Assembly (NCBI GenBank): GCA_964016885.1
Contig: OZ024740.1
Span: 187,798,001 to 187,862,000 of the forward strand
Length of the DNA: 64,000 bases
Source: Eledone cirrhosa
Lineage: Eukaryota
Direction of reading: 5' to 3'
Position numbers and translations under genes: made by a program. The notes beneath the pieces were generated by a model that worked only from the letters and a program-made list of their open reading frames with translations, was not told the origin of the DNA and ran no database searches. Below, in pieces: positions 51,661 to 64,000 of this stretch. Each line of letters starts with the position of its first letter. Within the stretch, counting starts at the first letter, position 1.

Positions 51661-54600
51661 TGAAACCAGATAGAGCATACTTTGTGCAGAAAGTTGGCTG
51701 TTTGAAGAAGTGTTGATTTTTATAAATATACAATGTTAATTGTTATATTTGGCTCGTTGATGTATGTTATTAATTTAAGGATGTACTGTTTCAACTTAAG
51801 GACAATTTTCCTGCACAATTTTAGTCCTTTTGTTTCCTAATATTGAGATTTCTAACTTCTTCCTCCTCCTCCAACTTATTCCTGAGAGGGTCATGGAAGA
51901 AAAGTTCTCAAACACTCCATGGGTCCTGACTGAAGTCACAATCTCCAATTGATCTGGCTGGATCCTCAAGTGAGACCAGCTAAGCTCTCTGATGTTATCC
52001 AACCATCTTGTTTGGGGGCCACCAGTTGGGTTTGCACATATAATATGTTCAGCAATTCTTTCCAAAGACATTATACCCACACAACTGTAAAATCAGAGTT
52101 GGGATCTCTTCATTCAGAGAAGTAACAGCTCTACCTATAGTAGTGCTTTAATCTCTAAGCTACATTATCAAGTAACATTACACCAAATATTCTTCGGAGG
52201 AACCCCATTTCAGCCAGAGGTCTAAATAATTAGCAAATTCTTATGATATAATAATGTACAGTAATATGTGACATAGTATTATTCGTTTCAGTTCCATGTA
52301 TAAATCTAGATTGTGTGAATATCAAAAACATGTTGTATATTATCTCTGTACAGTGTCTATGAGAGAAAAATGTATTACAAATATGGATAGGAAACGATAC
52401 TGATGGACCAATTAATCAATATATTGATATCGTTAAATAATGCATACATTATGCTTTCATATCTCGATTATTGAAAGATAAAAGAAGCTGTCTGAGTATC
52501 TATCATAAATATTATAGCTGTTTCATTCTAATAATCACATTATGGACAAGATAAATTACAAAACTAGATACATACATGCTTTGTTCAATGATCTATTATT
52601 TGATGAACACCTTAAATTATTCTTTTAAATGCTTCTTTAAAATCTAGTTATTAAATTTCCTCAGAAGGTAGACTTCACTGAAACTTCAATGACAGGTTTA
52701 GCATATAAAGTTATTTAATGAACAGTTTCATGTAATCATGAGTTTATAATTTAATAAGTAACAAAGAATATGCTTTGAATTTACATGAGATGAAAATGAA
52801 AATAATTATATTCTCTCTTTTCACAATTAATTAATGAATAAGCAAAGACACTGGTTCTTTATAAACTACCACTGTTGGCACAGATATTGTCATCATAAAT
52901 GTTGATTATAATGGCTATAAGTAGGGAGTATAACTATCGCATTTCTTGACATTGGATAAAGACATACAGAAATAAATCTCTGACTTTGGAAAATCAAGCA
53001 ACATAGTTTACATAGATATATTTGAAGTTGAACTTGATCTGACAAGGGAAATAGTAGAATCTAGAAATTTGCTCCTAAAAACAAACCACTACATGGCTTG
53101 GTGAAAAAATTGTACCACAGATATTTACGCAATGAAAGCCAAAATATCAGCTAACATTTATTTGAAAGCTTACATACATATATAAATATATAATTTAAAT
53201 TATATTGAAGAATTGCTTGTTCTTTATGAGACAAACATGTATTTCTATTATTCTGGGTATCACCATTCCACCACATCCACATAAGTATTTAGTTTCACCC
53301 ATATAGAAAAAAGATTCAATGTTCATGAGTGGAATTATAACTTTGCTCAATCAATAACATTTTCACCCAGGTTTTAAAGTAAGAAACCTACCTTTAAGAA
53401 CCGTTTAGAAACAACTAAATATATTTGTCATACAAACCATAAAGTATTGCAAATAAATTTTGTATGATTTTTAATGATGGTGGTTGTCAAAAATATGGTC
53501 TGATTTCTTATTTAGCTTGAATATTTTATTTCAGTTTCCTTTTTTGACTAGCCACCTACAAAAACAAACCAATCCTTTTGGAGACACCCATGGCTTGTGG
53601 TTATGAAATTTGATTCCCCCCTCCCCCCACACACACTCATGACTTCAAGTTTAATCCTAATTCACAAATCTACTACCATAGTTAACCCCCATTATGTGAG
53701 TAAAATAGAAACTGCAAAAGCTTGTTGGGTGGACTTTACCTGCTTTGGGTAGTAGACGTAGCATGCCACCCATTTCAACATCACCACCTGCATTTAACAG
53801 AGTCTATAGTTTTGCAAGCTTTTATATCAGATGGCTTGTCTTAGGGTATCTTAATTTACTGCATTCCTACTGCAGCAGTATATGATCATGGTTACTTCCT
53901 CCTTTTGCCCCCACAAAGTTTGAAGTCCTTGCAAAAGGCCTTGTATTGGAGATAAAATAGCTTTGACAGAAAATATCACAATAGATAATATCTATCTTCT
54001 ATCTGTTTATTAGTATAATAAAAAATGCCTTTCAGGATTGCATAAAATCAAATAGATTATTAGTATATTAAAAGAGCTTATTGGTTTTTACTTTTGTTGT
54101 TGTTCTGTTATTATAAGATAAAATACTTCAAAACATTGTATAAACTAACATTTTCAGCTCTAATTGATGAATTAATAAAAGAAAAATTAGATAATAATAT
54201 TGAATTATTTCCTTTGTTTTGAAATTTTAGAAGAGAATTTAATTAGAATTTTATTAAGTGATTTTATTGTTAAGATTAATTTTATGATAGTAAGTTCAAG
54301 AGTTGAAGAAAAGGACTCCACAAAACAAATATCACTAGAAGATGATAACTTCATTTTTTATATTATTCTTGGTTTAAATGTTAGTGACCCTCAATAATAT
54401 TTCAAGAAACAGATCATACTATGTTAAATTAGATTCATTTGTAAAGAATCATTCCAGTATTTCAGAATCCCACTGAAGACATAAATTTCTTTCTTTTCTC
54501 CATTTTGTTTCAGAATAAGTTTTCAAATACTACACTATTACTGTTCGAGTCTTAATTTGGCAATTTGCCTAAATTTACTTGGTACGACCTAACATTAGCT

Positions 54601-56220
54601 TTCTCAGAGAATGTATCTATATCACACTTTCTCCCATTTCGCTCACTCTCCTCATATATATATATATACATATAGATATATATATATAAAGATAATTTGT
54701 AATATATAATGAGTCAATTATTAATTGTAAAGAACAAAAACAAAACTTTTAGAAACAGCTGAACTGTGAAAAACATTATCTATATTCTGTCAAGACAAAA
54801 TCAAAAAACAATTTGTTTTCCCAGGAAAGATGAATTCTTTTCACAATAGAAGACACAAAGCACCAGCCAGTAATCACTAGCGTTACCATTGTAGTATTTT
54901 TCTATGTATACTAAGGTCATGTGCTTTAATAGCTATATTGAGAGTTTTATGACCTACAATGTTAAGACAGACACTCATTTAGATTACAATAACATCTTGC
55001 TGCTTTCAATGAAATATTTCAGTTGCCATTCTTGCATTGGTTATTTACCAAAGTTATTATTAGCAAACTATTATTATGTTCTTTATATATTTAGATTTTT
55101 ACATTTTCTGAAATAGAGTACATTAAAATAGTTCAGTTGAAGTTTTTTTTATAATGAAATCCAACCCTTCGTTTTACATTATAAACTAAAAATTTGGATG
55201 AGTGTTTATATAAATTATTTTATTAAGGTAATCAATGTTCATAGACAGTGGTAAAATAAATTTTAAATGTGGCATATATCTTTGTAAATGTACATTAATT
55301 GAAAAAATTGCTAGTATTTCAACTCTGAAAAGTTAAAAACTTTTCCTCGAAACACAAACTAGACAAATTAAATAATAATTAAAAATAGAAATATTTTTTA
55401 AAACTTAAAAATGGAATAGGAGTTTGGATTGAATAAATAGAAAAATGAAAATACTCTTTTGAAGTCAATAAAAACTAAATGAAAAGAATTCCTGTTTATT
55501 TTTTAAAAAAAACAACAAACAAAAGTTTAAAAGGTAAAAGAATTCTGAAATAAAATGTTTGATTTTAAAGCAATTGTTTAAAACCATTAAAAACTGAAAG
55601 TAAAATGTATGCATCAATATTGTATTTTTTTTAGTAGCATTTTATAGTACGTTAGTAATTGCTTTTGTATATTGGTCAATTTTGAATGAAAAATATTTGA
55701 TATTAGAATGGGTTTCGAACAAAATGGTGGATTGAAGAAAATACATGCTTTCAATTTTGGTTGAATACACATAAATTGTACATAACCAATTTGTTGTTGT
55801 TGTTTTCATGTTACATCAAATGTTTTGATGGAAGTAATTTGGAGGCATTTTGATTCTAATTTAATATAATTTTATAAAGATACAATATTTTATTCTTTTT
55901 AATATTCAAGTAAAGAAATTTGTGTTTTATCAATACAATATCTCAATGCAGATTAATTCTAGCGGATTAGCATTCTTTATTCTTCTCCTAATCAATTTAT
56001 GGAGTATACCTTGTTGCTGTTAAGGTCATCAAGGGGAGAATAATAGTTATTTACAACTACAAAAGTGAATTAACCTATGTTCTATTATTCATATTAATAA
56101 ATCTCACCTATCAGTCTACTGCTTGTGACAAAAATGGTAAAGCAAATCAAATTACTTATCGATAGTCTTTTAGATTTTTTGTTTCTGAATTAGCATGTAT
56201 GGCAAAATCTCCCTCACTTT

Positions 56221-56230
56221 CTCTCTCTCA

Positions 56231-56315
<85 letters not shown>

Positions 56316-56350
56316 GATAGATATATATATATAAATATATATATATATAA
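56221..56350. repeat. (CT)n + (TA)n microsatellite
   Basis: Direct reading. Confidence 0.95.
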
Positions 56351-57764
56351 GTATTGAAGTTTCCGTTGAAAATTGAAAAAGTCATAGGAGTGAAGAGTGC
56401 TCTATGTAAGTACCAGAGCTAAATTTAATGTATAATAAACAATACAATATAATTACCTCATTACCAGAGGTTTCCCGAATAAGATGAATACGAAAAACGT
56501 CCTCATTTGTTCATCGAACAAGGCAATTTAAAACATAGTGAAATATTTGAAAAATCTCCTCAAGAAAGGCAAGAGTTTAACGGGCAAAAAAAATAAAGCA
56601 AGAGATATATAAAAATAAGGAAATATAGTTAGGGTATGTGTATAAATGTGTATATATTCACTCACAAATGTACATATGTGTGTATGTACAAATGCATGTG
56701 TATAGTGAAAATGTGTGTGTGCGTAAGTACGTATATGAGGGCAAGCATAATAGTGTATGTGTGACCAATACGTATATAATATAAGTTGAAAAATAATGTA
56801 CATCCAGATTTATGTATTAAATATATACACATACAAGTATGAAAGCACGCGTATAAACACACATGCTCAATCATTTATATGCGGGAGATAAAAAGGGAAG
56901 GGAGTGTATTAGTAAAAAAGAGTGTCATATTCGATACATATAAAAATGAAACAATATATGAGAAAGAAAAAACTTTTGTTTAAATCAATTAACACTAGAG
57001 AATAAGAAAACAAACATAGGTTTGCAAGTACGCACATATACATATAAAAATATATATATATGAATACGTACATGCAAAAGCGCATGCATACGTACATACA
57101 TACACACGAAGCACACATATATATATACATATATCGGCACACTTATATCTAAGCACATGTACGTACGCAACTATATACATACATATATGCATACACACAC
57201 ATACATACATATTCATATATATATACACATACTTATACACATACGTTCACCCACCTACACACACTCGTATAAATATAGATATAAAAACACACATGCTCAC
57301 ACATATAGACACGCACACATACGGAGGCGCATGCACACTCACACTCATAGATATAAAATATAGACCAGCCATATGAAAAAAAAAAAGAAATACAAATATA
57401 AAAGCGGCTGCGAAACAACAGAATATATCTGGATTTGAAAACGCAAGTGACATGTGATATCAGGTAATGAAAGAAAATGGGGAAGTAAAGTGTGGAATGT
57501 GAAGATATTAGGTAAGTGAATAAAAATTAGGGGGGGGGGGGGGGGCTTTCACTGGTGGATGTGAAGTGAAAATAAAAATGAAAGTAAATCAGAAAGAGAA
57601 GTCTGTAAAGAGGATAATTTAAGGAAAGTGAAGAACAAGAGTTTATGGAGGATAAGTATCTGAAATGAGTTAAGTTTATATTAGCTGGAAAGCAAGTGTG
57701 ATTTCATGTGTGGGCAACTGGAGAAAATTTCTGTTTTTGTATTTAGGCAGGTATTAGTCAACAC

Positions 57765-58067
57765 TCATCATCATCCTCATCATCATTTTACGTCCGCTTT
57801 TCCCTGCTTGCAAGGGTGGGACGGGAATTGATTCTGGCTTGATTTCTACAGCTGGATGCCCTTCCTAACACCAACCTCATTTAAAATGAGTGCTGGGTGC
57901 TTTTTTGCACCCAGTCCCTATCATCTCATTTCTACAGCTGAGTAAACTGGAGCAATGTGAAATAAAGTATCTTGCTCAAGGAAACAACACATCACCCGGT
58001 CTGAGAATTGAACTCACAACCTTTCGATTGCAAGGCCAATGCTTTAACCACTGAGCCATGTGCCTCC
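57765..58067 (-). mobile_element. tRNA-SINE with RTE tail (internal ~45 bp deletion)
   Basis: Reverse complement of the 9373-9718 family, starting GGAGGCACATGGCTCAGTGG. Confidence 0.9.
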
Positions 58068-58751
58068 ATCTACAAATAATATTGTGCCTCCACTCTACAA
58101 ATAATATTGTGCTGGACACTGCAAAGCATAAAATAATATACATTAATTTTTTTCTTGAACTTGAAACACAAAATCATGATATTTAAATCATTAGTAAAAT
58201 AATAATTATCTCACAAAATATATTGATTTATTTAAAGACAGTTGATAGTTTGTTTAATTGATCTCAATATATTTTGTTGTATTTTTTACTGTTTGTAGTG
58301 ATGATGGTAAAATTGTTTCTTGTGGGAATGGAACTTAGAATATAGGGAAACAAAACTAAATGTTTCAAAGGATGCTTTTGTTTTCATAGTAGCTTCATAA
58401 GTTAAATACTGATATTATTTCATTGGTATGTAATTAGGGGGTTTGAAATTTTTATCTGAATATTAAACTCCATTTTGAGGGTTAAAAGAAAAATGATTCA
58501 AAATAATGTGCTGCAACATAGCTGGAACTATAATGGTTCCATAATTAAATAGTATCATTCAGTCTTTACATGTTTGTGTTTATATGGACATATGACTGCA
58601 ATGATAAATGTCCATTTAATTTCACTTTGTAAAATGCACAGGTCAATATAATTTAATATTTTTGGTGTTAACATGTTTTCCTGTTCAGGTAATAGAATTT
58701 GCTCAACAAATATATAGTCTGTTTTCTTTATTTATACTGCTGTGTTTAATA

Positions 58752-59068
58752 CAGGTTCACAATCTTTTATCCGAAATTCTGAAAAGCTTGGAAAACCGAA
58801 CATTTTTTCCAGGATGTCGTCTGCACACCAAAGTTCACGTTAGGCACCAAACTTGACCCAAAACGACCCACAGTCAACCCAGGTCACACAGTTATGTCTT
58901 GCCACCACGAGCTGAGAACTCTATCACTGAGCCACCCTGTTCCCTGGAATTAATTTTTCTAAAAACTTTTAAATCTACGTTAAAAATCTTCCATTCCAAA
59001 ATCTGAAAAATTCCGAAATCCACAAAGTGTCCGGTTCCAAGATTTTTGGATAAGAGATTGTGAATCTG
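58752..59068. mobile_element. Tc1/mariner (pogo/Tigger-like) MITE, 317 bp
   Basis: TA|CAGGTTCACAATCTTTTATCCGAAATTCT ... AGATTTTTGGATAAGAGATTGTGAATCTG|TA; TIR 25/29 match; TA TSD. Confidence 0.85.
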
Positions 59069-59111
59069 TAGTTTCAATTTTATCATCACAACAGTTAGGC
59101 AGCTTAACTCA

Positions 59112-59315
59112 ATGTTGGTAAAATGTATCAGTCAGTTATCTGATAGGTTTGTGGTTGAGCCTGTGGCAGTGGGGACTTCATCCCTGCTCACTGCTATCAG
59201 AGCAGAGCTGGCTACCTACAAGTGCAAGCCTAACAAGGTAGAGTGGCTGTTCCAGAACATCTCCCCCACCAGCCTCCGGAACAATATCTTCCCCATCCTG
59301 TTGGCTGGGACCATG
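59112..59315 (+). mobile_element. CRE-like RLE retrotransposon 3' relic
   Basis: LSDRFVVEPVAVGT..VEWLFQNIS..LRNN..IL resembles the CRE C-terminus (F.PVAVET.G..WL.QRIS.A..RGN). Confidence 0.55.
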
Positions 59316-60642
59316 AGACAAACTGTCTTAACTCCCAAATTCATTATTTTAAGAACTGAAACAGGTATTTGGTTTTGCTTTCACTTTCTCTTCCTTTCTT
59401 TTTCCTTTTCTTCCCCATCTGTTAAACTATTATTCAGTTTGATTTGGTTTACAGGTGAAACACTACTCTTTTTGTAAGTGAAACAGTTGTTCATATTACC
59501 ATGATATATTAGTTATTATCGTAGGATAATAACTATTAAGCTTTCAGCCAGAGTGAGTTACACAGATTTGGTGACCGCTTGTTCAGCTGCCAGACGTAGC
59601 TCAAGCTATTGAAACAGGCTGGGAGTGCATGTTCCTAAACTCCAGTGTTCAAGTGTAATTGGGTAAGCATGGAGGAATTACATGTATCATAGTAATTATT
59701 ACCATACTCTTATTGTTACTATTACAACCAATGTTCTTGTCTTTGCTGTCAATCAAGTTTATATTTGCTGTGAAATATAATTTAAGGGTTAAAACGTATT
59801 TGTCTAAACTGAAGATTGTAGGAGTTTGATTCAAAAGAAAATAGTTGATACATTTCCAGAATGAAAACTGATGAAAAACTCTTAAGTTGAATTGTTATTG
59901 GAATGCTGGATTTATTTATTTATTTATTTGCTTATTTATATCACTGTCTGAGAAAGAATGTTTAATGAATACATTATGATGTTAAAAAATATATAAAAAG
60001 ACACACAGATTTATTATGAACACGCATTGACAAAATACTTTCTGTTTTACTATATTTTTATATTAGAAATTATGTTGAGATTTTCAAAATAAAGCAATTA
60101 GATTATGATTTTGATCTACATAAGCAGGAATATATGTGCCTCTTGAAAAGAAATATTGCAATTGGAAGCAGCCAAATTAGTATAAATCTTAAAATAAGCA
60201 CGGACAACAATAAACTTGGTGCCAAATTTTGTACTGCATCTGTAATGTAATTCTGCCAAGGAATGAATTTACTCAGACAAAAGCAGATTCAGTTTCATAA
60301 ATTATCTCATGAACTCTATAGTTACATTGTGTAGTAATGTGTATGTGAATCGTTTGTGTTCTGTTTATATTCACATAGAAATAATTCATAAGTGTAAATA
60401 TTAGGGTACACAAACCTACGCATATGGTTGTGTGTATGCCTGGGTATTGGTTAGCATATATATATACATATATACACCTATATACATGTGTGTTTATGTG
60501 TGTGTGTGTGTATGTATATGTGTGTGTATGTGTATATATATATGTGTGAGTGTGTGCATGTGTATATATATATATATATACTTGTTATAGTTAAATACAG
60601 ATTCATTAATACATATACACAAATATATGAAAATAAAGAGAT

Positions 60643-61683
60643 ATGTGTGTTATGGCAAAACTCTCTGCAATGGGTGTGAAGGATGATCTTTTTAACTGGT
60701 TGAAGTCCTTCATTCTCAGTCGAAGAGAGGTAGTCACGGTTCTGGGACAGCATTCCTCACAATATGAGATGTCATCTGGTGTACCACAGGGATCTTTTCT
60801 TGGCCCCCTTTTGTTTGAGGCATATATTAATGACATAGATGCCAACTTAAATAATGCCATGGTACTAAAGTACGCAGACGACATCAAGCTGTACCTTGAG
60901 ATAAAAAGGATAGATCCTGAACACTATAGATCTTGCTTGCAGTCTGACCTGGACACAATGCAACAATGGATCTCAGACTGGCAACTCAAGCTAGCTGTGG
61001 ACAAGTGCACCACCATGCATTTTGGGAGTAAAAACCCAGCGTCCACATACTTCCTCCACAGCACTAATATCAAGAAGTCTTCTTGTGAACGTGACCTGGG
61101 CATTACGGTCAGCAGCGATTTGCGTTGGACGAAGCACGTCTCTAAAATTGTCAAGAGGGCTGGGGGTGTCTTAGCATCACTCAGAAAGAACTTTGTCAGC
61201 CACTCTCCAGCTATCTATTTAAGGCTGTACATGGCTATGGTGCAACCACACTTAGAATTTGCATCACCAGTCTGGAACCCCTATCTTGCTCAGAACATTG
61301 ACCGCCTGGAAACTGTTCAGAGACGTGCAACCAAGCGAATACCCTCCATCAGGCATCTACCATACTCTGAGCACCTTGCTTCCCTGGGCATGGATACATT
61401 GAAGCTCCGACGCCTGGCAACTGACTTGGTAAACACCCACAAAATTGTTAACTATGTTGCTAACAACAACCCTGAGTACCCTTTTGATTTCCATGTGTCT
61501 AACACATGTGGACATGCCCACAAAGTAAGAAAACAGCACAGTTCCCATGACTTTCGGAAACATTTTTTCACGCTCAGAGTTGCTGAAGCATGGAACAAAC
61601 TACCTGCATCAGTTGTTAGCTGTCGAGACACTGCATCCTTTAAGGCCTCCATGCTTCCCGACATCCGCCAACACTACAGCTAA
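60643..61683 (+). CDS. CR1-type reverse transcriptase C-terminal half (open frame, N-terminally truncated)
   Basis: SGVPQGSFLGPLLF, YADDIKLY, LQSDLD, ERDLGI, PHLEFASPVWNP, LETVQRRATK, FFTLRVAEAWNKLP. Confidence 0.88.
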   Translation: MCVMAKLSAMGVKDDLFNWLKSFILSRREVVTVLGQHSSQYEMSSGVPQGSFLGPLLFEAYINDIDANLNNAMVLKYADDIKLYLEIKRIDPEHYRSCLQSDLDTMQQWISDWQLKLAVDKCTTMHFGSKNPASTYFLHSTNIKKSSCERDLGITVSSDLRWTKHVSKIVKRAGGVLASLRKNFVSHSPAIYLRLYMAMVQPHLEFASPVWNPYLAQNIDRLETVQRRATKRIPSIRHLPYSEHLASLGMDTLKLRRLATDLVNTHKIVNYVANNNPEYPFDFHVSNTCGHAHKVRKQHSSHDFRKHFFTLRVAEAWNKLPASVVSCRDTASFKASMLPDIRQHYS

Positions 61684-61848
61684 TGTTCCCCCTCCATACA
61701 CATACACACATGTATACCATGACACTATTCACTTCCCTGACATTTGTGTATTATTCTATGTACTATACATACACCTTTGACGAGTTGTAGTGCACCTGAG
61801 CACTTTACACAATCATTTTATTATTATTATTATTATTATATTATTATA
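60650..61848 (+). mobile_element. 5'-truncated CR1-group LINE with (ATT)n tail
   Basis: RT ORF to 61683, 3'UTR with GTTGTAGTGCACCTGAGCAC, then (ATT)n. Confidence 0.9.
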
Positions 61849-62614
61849 TGTGTGTTTAAAAAACAGTGGTTAAAAAAATACTGGAAATATATTCTGTAGT
61901 TGTTCTTAAATATAAAACAGTTTTCTTTACAGAATACTATTTCATTAACAAGACAGGCAAGTTGACCACCAATATTGAAATAGTAAAATTAAAAAAAGTT
62001 AAACAGGAAGCATTTTAATTAAATGAATGCATGCACATTTTCACAAACATGTAGATGCATACATAGCACATTTGAACATCTAAAATACTCTTTAAAATTA
62101 GTTTTGTTCAGTCTTAATTCAATTATTTATATGTATGTCTTTTAGTTGTTTGTTATCTTTTGATTCACATTACAGATAAATACACACATACACTTATGTA
62201 TGTTGCATTGATTGAAGAGATTAGGTTACAACAAAATATTTTCTTTCCATGTAGTGAATATAATGTTATTTTGATAAGGCATTATCTGTTTCTTTTTTCA
62301 CTTAATAGAAATCATTCAAGTCTTTCTATAACTCTAATATTGTTATCTTTCAAGATATGTCTTTAGAATAATTTTGTTTAATGCTATACTGCACTATAGC
62401 ATATATCTACAGATTTGTAGCCAGCACAGTATATAATAGAGAGGTGTATTACTGTCTTTATACACATTATTTTTGTTGACAGAAATAAAGGGATGAACCA
62501 GATTAGTTTCAATATTTGTCTTAAACACCCCCTTTAATTTCTGTGGTATTGTCTGTAGAATTAGTTTTATTCTATATATTTAGATCTGCCAACCTGATCT
62601 CATTACATGAGCCA

Positions 62615-62830
62615 CAAACCCTCGTAATGCAGCATAGCAGAAGATAACCAAATACCAGAATTTGACTGACCACTTCCTGGTGGTCAGTGTCGAGACCTCT
62701 GGTGTCCCCAGACTAACACTTTCCTCTGCAAAATTGGGAGGAGTGCATTGTACGAAGGAAACTCTGTGAGGTGAAATGGCTGAGGAAGCAAGTGTTGCTG
62801 GCTGTTTTCTATGGTAATGCTTTCACGTTA
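62615..62830 (+). mobile_element. CRE-like RLE retrotransposon 3' relic
   Basis: QKITKYQNLTDHFLVVSVETSGV..KWLRKQVLLAVFYGNA. Confidence 0.6.
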
Positions 62831-63710
62831 GAATTATTAGTGAGGTATTATTATTAATTTCAATAATGAAAGAAGAGAAAAAAAGATTAAAATGATAAAC
62901 AGGAAGAAAGAAAAGAGAGAAAAATAGGGTGAAACACAAAACGCAAATAGTAATAAAAAAGGAAATACACACACATATAAGCAGGAAGAGAAAAACAGAG
63001 GGGAGGCTGTTTGATTGGGGGGAGGGGGACATTTGCCCCTACCAACCCCTCATAAATCTGGCCCTGCAAACTGAATACTTTGGGCTGGGTGATGTATCTC
63101 AGCTGCACTACACTATGTTTAGGAAGCTATCACTGATGTAGCTTTTGACTCAGTCGCAATTTCAATGTATTTCAAGTATATTATTTTCAAAGTGTATATT
63201 TCATTTCTTTCGAAATCCCATTTTTCGTTCACTCACTTCTCTGTTTTTTGCCTCTTTCAGTGAACAATAAGACTCATCATTATTTAACAACCATGCTAGG
63301 AAGTGTTAGATGGGTCTTCACAGACTGAATCAATACTCACATAAGGCTAAGGGACCTCACATGGGCTAAGGGACCTCATTTCACTTGCATATGACCTTGT
63401 ATTCTGTTGAATGCATTTCATTGTGATACCTGCACAAATAGGCCATCATATTGCTGACATAAGTGAAGGGTCCTCCCAACCCTTTGTTTGATAAGCTTTC
63501 TAGTTGTTAGAAAAAGGTTAAAAAAATGTAACTGAGAGCAATACCATCTTGTAAAAGGAGAAATGGCCTTAAGTAATTTCTCTTATTGAATTTCTACTTA
63601 ACTGGAGGTAGAAATAAAATTACAATACTATTTTATTTTAAGGAGAATTGTATAAATGCATGTTGATAAATATAATAATTTCATTGAACTCTCTCTCTCC
63701 CTCTCTTGCT

Positions 63711-63833
<123 letters not shown>

Positions 63834-64000
63834 GTGGTGCTGGGACCTGGGAACTACAAATCAGTGAAATAGTCTATGCATGAGTATAAGCAGAGTGGGT
63901 ATAGATGAAACCTGACCATGATGTGTCTTTCCAAAACCTATCAGTTATTTATTACATATCTCATGCTGCTTCATATTAATTAATATATGTATACACACAC

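Overview
AT-rich, microsatellite-dense eukaryotic DNA. The SINE/LINE families and (TA)n load resemble an octopus or other cephalopod genome (inference). No host protein-coding gene is confidently visible; the window looks intronic or intergenic and is filled with transposable elements. The main feature is a young, nearly intact Penelope-like retroelement (PLE) on the minus strand (about 2121-8570), inserted in (TA)n. It carries RT plus a C-terminal GIY-YIG endonuclease, broken only by two mutually compensating homopolymer frameshifts (repaired ORF = 825 aa). It also has two ~1.5 kb tandem pseudo-LTR copies 4709 bp apart, each with a minimal hammerhead-ribozyme fold that has a variant CCGAAGA core, and a 230-bp inverted tail that begins inside the ribozyme. 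Other elements: an RTE LINE 3' end with a PHD-like finger and its partner tRNA-derived SINEs, two tail-to-tail Helitrons with perfect A|TC...CTAG|T ends, a full-length decayed Chapaev3-type DNA transposon (TTA TSD), an R4/Dong-like relic sharing a (TAA)n array with a SINE dimer, CRE-like relics, a Tc1/mariner-type MITE and a 5'-truncated CR1-type LINE. Most short ORFs in the track are microsatellite artefacts. All family assignments come from motifs read by eye; no searches were run.
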